Made by a program: the position numbers and the translations under genes | Shown: positions 60,987-64,000 of the stretch, in pieces | Layout: each line of letters opens with the position of its first letter | Numbering within the stretch: the stretch's first letter is position 1 | NCBI GenBank assembly: GCA_044229145.1 | Contig: JBGATO010000001.1 | Span: forward strand, 32,001 to 96,000 | Length of the DNA stretch: 64,000 nucleotides | Source of the DNA: Candidatus Eiseniibacteriota bacterium | GTDB taxonomy: Bacteria > Eisenbacteria > RBG-16-71-46 > CAZEPH01 | Reading direction: 5' to 3' | Notes under the pieces: model-generated | What the model saw: the letters and a program-made list of their open reading frames with translations, nothing else | Told to the model about the DNA's origin: nothing | The model's database searches: none

Positions 60987-62108
60987 GTGACCCTCCTGCA
61001 TCTCGTCAACGTGCGCTGGTGGAACGCGTCGGCGGCCTACGCCGTGCACGCGGCGTTGGCGTTGCGCGCCCGCGGCCATGCAGCGCCTGTGGTGGCCGAC
61101 GCCGGCTCGCCGGTGGCGCTGCGCGCACGTGCGGCAGGACTCGACGTGCACGAGATTCCGCGGCTCGACCGCTTGGCGTGGCGCACCACGCCGGCTGGTG
61201 TACGGGCGCTTGCGCATGTCTTGCGCCGGACGCGCCCCGCCGTCGTCTTCGCGCATCGCCCCGAGAGCCACGCGTGGGCCGCATGTGGACTCGCCTTCGC
61301 GGGGGTCGATGCACGCTTGGTGTTCGCGCGCACCGACGCCCGCGTGCCCCGCGCCGGCGTCGGGCAGCGCTGGCTCGCCGCCCGCACCGACGGCGTCGTG
61401 TATCCCGCGGCCTACGCGGTCGAACGGGACCGCGCCCGCTTGCATCTCGATCCCGCGCGCACCTGGGTCGCACCGTGTCCGGTGGACCTCGCGCACTTCG
61501 TTCCCGGCGATCGCGCCGCGGCGCGTGCGGCACTCGGACTCCCTTCCGATGCACCGATCGCCGCGATGGTCGCGCGATTCGCCGAGGTGAAGGGGCAGCT
61601 GGATGTGCTCGAGGCGTTCGCCCGGGCCGCCGAGCCGCGCGCGTGGCTGGTCCTGAGCGGTGTCGAGGACGACGTACGCCGCGTCGCGCTGGCGGAGCGC
61701 GCCGTCGCGCTCGGTGTCGCGGAACGTGTGCGGTTGCTCGACGTGCTCCCCGACCCGCGGGTCTTGTTCGCCGCGGCGGACGTTGGCGTGGTGGCGTCGC
61801 GCGGAAGCGAGGCGATCTGCCGGGTGGCAGCCGAGTGGCAGGCGTGTGGTCGCCCGGTGCTCGGCACGCGGATGCACGCGGTCGCGGAAGCCATCGACGA
61901 CGGCGGCAGCGGCTGGCTGGTGCCGCCCGGTGACATCGACGCGATCGCCGCGCAGCTGGCGCGCGCATTCGCGGCGGACTCCGCCACGCGACAGCGCTTC
62001 GGCGAGGCCGCGCGCGCTCACGCGGAGGCCGCGTTCGCCCCGGAACGCTTCGGCCTCACCCTCGACGAGATCGCGCGCACCGTGTGCGCGCCCAGCGCCC
62101 GACGATGA
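60987..62108 (+). CDS. Glycosyltransferase family 4
   Basis: NVRWWNASAAY, ARFAEVKG, SEAICRVAAEWQACGRPV (E-x7-E). Confidence 0.85.
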   Translation: MTLLHLVNVRWWNASAAYAVHAALALRARGHAAPVVADAGSPVALRARAAGLDVHEIPRLDRLAWRTTPAGVRALAHVLRRTRPAVVFAHRPESHAWAACGLAFAGVDARLVFARTDARVPRAGVGQRWLAARTDGVVYPAAYAVERDRARLHLDPARTWVAPCPVDLAHFVPGDRAAARAALGLPSDAPIAAMVARFAEVKGQLDVLEAFARAAEPRAWLVLSGVEDDVRRVALAERAVALGVAERVRLLDVLPDPRVLFAAADVGVVASRGSEAICRVAAEWQACGRPVLGTRMHAVAEAIDDGGSGWLVPPGDIDAIAAQLARAFAADSATRQRFGEAARAHAEAAFAPERFGLTLDEIARTVCAPSARR

Positions 62109-63232
62109 GCACCGGCCGCGTCTCGCTCCACGTCGACACCGGCACCGGCTGGGGTGGCGGACAGGACCGCGTGCTCGCGCTGCTCACCGCACTGCGGGCC
62201 GCCGGCGAAACGCCGTGTTTGGTGGCACCGCCCGACACCCCGCTGTTGGCCCGCGCCCGCGCGCTCCACCTCGACACCCACGCGTTGCGCATGCGCGGCG
62301 ACATCCATCCGCATGCCTCGTGGACGCTGGCGCGGTTGGCGATGCGCGCGACGCTTCTGCATGCGCATACCGCGCACGCCCATGCGCTCTTGCTCCCGGT
62401 GGCGACGTTGACGCGCCGGCCGCTGGTGGTCACGAGGCGCAATCTCGCGCGACCGCACACCGACCGCGCATGGACGCGGCCGCTCGATCGCCTCTTCACG
62501 CGCCTCAAGTACAGCGCCGCACGCGCGGTCTTGTGCGTCAGCGAGGCAGTGGCGGACGACGTGCGGCGCCTCGGTGTCGATCCGGCGCGCATCAGCTTGG
62601 CCCCAACTCCGGTGCGCTTGCCCGATCCGCCCGATCCGCGTCACGTCGCGCGCCTGCGAGCGCGCTGCGCGCCCGGCGGCGGGCCGCTGCTTGCTGCCCT
62701 CGGCGCGCTCGAGCCGGTGAAGAATCACGCCGCGCTGGTGCGCGCGGCCGCGGCGCTGCGGTCGCAATGGCCCTCAGTCGCGGTGGCCATCGGTGGCGAC
62801 GGCTCGCAACGCGCGGCGCTCCTCGCCGTGGCGGAGGACCTCGGCCTCGGGGCGCGGCTGCATTTGCTCGGCCACCTCGACGATCCGCGTGCCTTGCTGG
62901 CAGCCTGCGATGTCTTCGTGCATCCGTCGCGCTCCGAAGGCGCGCCCGGGGCGATTCTCGACGCGCTCGCACAGGCCCGCCCGGTGGTGGCCACCGCGGT
63001 CGGTGGCGTGGGCGATATCATCCAGCCGAGCGGTGTCGCCCCGGTGGCACTCTTGGTGCCGGCGGAGGACGACGCGGCGCTCGCCGCCGCCTGCGCGCGG
63101 CTGCTCGCGGATCCCGTCGCCGCCGCCGAACTGGGCACCCGCGCACGGGAGCACGTGCTCGCGCACTTCCCCATCGAACGGATGGTGGCGGCGACGCGCG
63201 CCGCCTACGACCGCGTGGTTCCGGCGCGCTGA
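62105..63232 (+). CDS. Glycosyltransferase family 4
   Basis: WGGGQ, VKNH, PSRSEGAP.AILDALA..RPVVAT.VGG; ATGA coupling. Confidence 0.88.
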   Translation: MSTGRVSLHVDTGTGWGGGQDRVLALLTALRAAGETPCLVAPPDTPLLARARALHLDTHALRMRGDIHPHASWTLARLAMRATLLHAHTAHAHALLLPVATLTRRPLVVTRRNLARPHTDRAWTRPLDRLFTRLKYSAARAVLCVSEAVADDVRRLGVDPARISLAPTPVRLPDPPDPRHVARLRARCAPGGGPLLAALGALEPVKNHAALVRAAAALRSQWPSVAVAIGGDGSQRAALLAVAEDLGLGARLHLLGHLDDPRALLAACDVFVHPSRSEGAPGAILDALAQARPVVATAVGGVGDIIQPSGVAPVALLVPAEDDAALAAACARLLADPVAAAELGTRAREHVLAHFPIERMVAATRAAYDRVVPAR

Positions 63233-63987
63233 GCCCGCGCGAGTTCGCGCAACTTGAGATACTTCGCCGCCACGCCCATCGCCCCGACGTACGCGATCGC
63301 AAAGCCCGCCGCGCCATCGAACACGCCACCCAGCACGAAGTACCCCGACACGAACCGCCACGGCGGGCGCACCAGGATGTCGAGCCATGACGCGCGCCGG
63401 CCGGCGTCGTACATCGCCTGCGCCGCGATCGTGCTGTAGCGCTCGCTGCGCGCGAGGTGGTCGTGGAGGTCGGCGTAGGAGTAGTGGTGCAAATCACCGG
63501 CGAGACGACGGACGACGCCCTCGACCTCGAGACGGTCGTGCGGGTCGAGACCGACCCAGCGCGCGCGCCGGCGATCGACCAAGCGCAGCTTGACGTCGGG
63601 GTACCATCCGCCGTGCCGAATCCATCGCCCGAGGTGATACGACAGGCGCGACACCTCGTAGCCGGCCACCGCGGGATCCGGCGGCGCGGCGCGCCATGAC
63701 GCCAGTGCCTGCTGCAACGCGGGCGAGACTTCCTCGTCCGCGTCCAACGACAACACCCACTCGTGCCGCGCGGCGGCCAGCGCGACGTTCTTCTGGGCGA
63801 CGTGACCGCGCCACGGATGCCGCTCGACGCGGGCGCCATGGCGACGCGCGATGTCCTCCGAGGCATCCGACGTGCGTTCGTCGAGGATGATCACCACGTC
63901 GTCGGCCCACGCCACGCTGGCGAGCACGCCATCGAGCGTCCGCGCCGCGTCCTTCGCGATCAGGGCGACCGATACCGGCGTCGTCAT
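63205..63987 (-). CDS. Glycosyltransferase family 2 (WaaE/KdtX-like)
   Basis: QKN.AL, WVLSLDADE, IRHGGWYPD..LRL, HD, L.HY. Confidence 0.9.
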   Translation of the reverse strand: MTTPVSVALIAKDAARTLDGVLASVAWADDVVIILDERTSDASEDIARRHGARVERHPWRGHVAQKNVALAAARHEWVLSLDADEEVSPALQQALASWRAAPPDPAVAGYEVSRLSYHLGRWIRHGGWYPDVKLRLVDRRRARWVGLDPHDRLEVEGVVRRLAGDLHHYSYADLHDHLARSERYSTIAAQAMYDAGRRASWLDILVRPPWRFVSGYFVLGGVFDGAAGFAIAYVGAMGVAAKYLKLRELARAQRAGTTRS

Positions 63988-64000
63988 GCCGCCTCCTCGC

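Noticed and set aside
63205..63232. 28-bp convergent overlap of the GT4 and GT2 genes
   Set aside because: Short tail-to-tail overlaps are common in GC-rich genomes

Overview
Very GC-rich bacterial chromosome segment from a diderm. Evidence for an outer membrane: a BamA/TamA-TamB pair, beta-barrel OMPs and a FlgD-Ig/T9SS-like C-terminal domain. By inference the organism is FCB-related, e.g. Eisenbacteria/Krumholzibacteria/Latescibacteria-like. Most of the window is minus-strand housekeeping DNA: grpE-dnaJ-(rsmE broken)-rpsU-mutS2-dnaG-rpoD; tRNA-Ile2 and tRNA-Val; zinc-ribbon-rnhA-rnpB-recJ-rel-maf-mtnA; rplM-rpsI-rpsB-tsf-pyrH-frr-uppS-cdsA-dxr-rseP-tamA/bamA-tamB (frameshifted)-uvrD-gatCAB-purD-tsaC-ywlE-ilvE-rpiB::glyA-PTS IIA-zinc ribbon-gpmI. 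The two strongest candidates for something undescribed are (1) a ~5.7 kb accessory module beside tRNA-Val, with an ECF43-type sigma factor and a membrane Ser/Thr kinase-TPR protein converging on a secreted self-cleaving (Peptidase_S74) fibre and a small FlgD-Ig partner, and (2) a ~310 nt highly structured minus-strand RNA at 5.7-6.0 kb with its own promoter and an anti-Shine-Dalgarno tract. Also noted: a repeat lipoprotein paired with a FadL-like barrel, an RpiB-GlyA fusion, tandem small paralogs, probable ACG and CTG start codons, and indels in tamB and rsmE. All calls come from reading motifs by eye; no searches or folding programs were run. Start coordinates were refined by hand where RBS or overlap evidence allowed.
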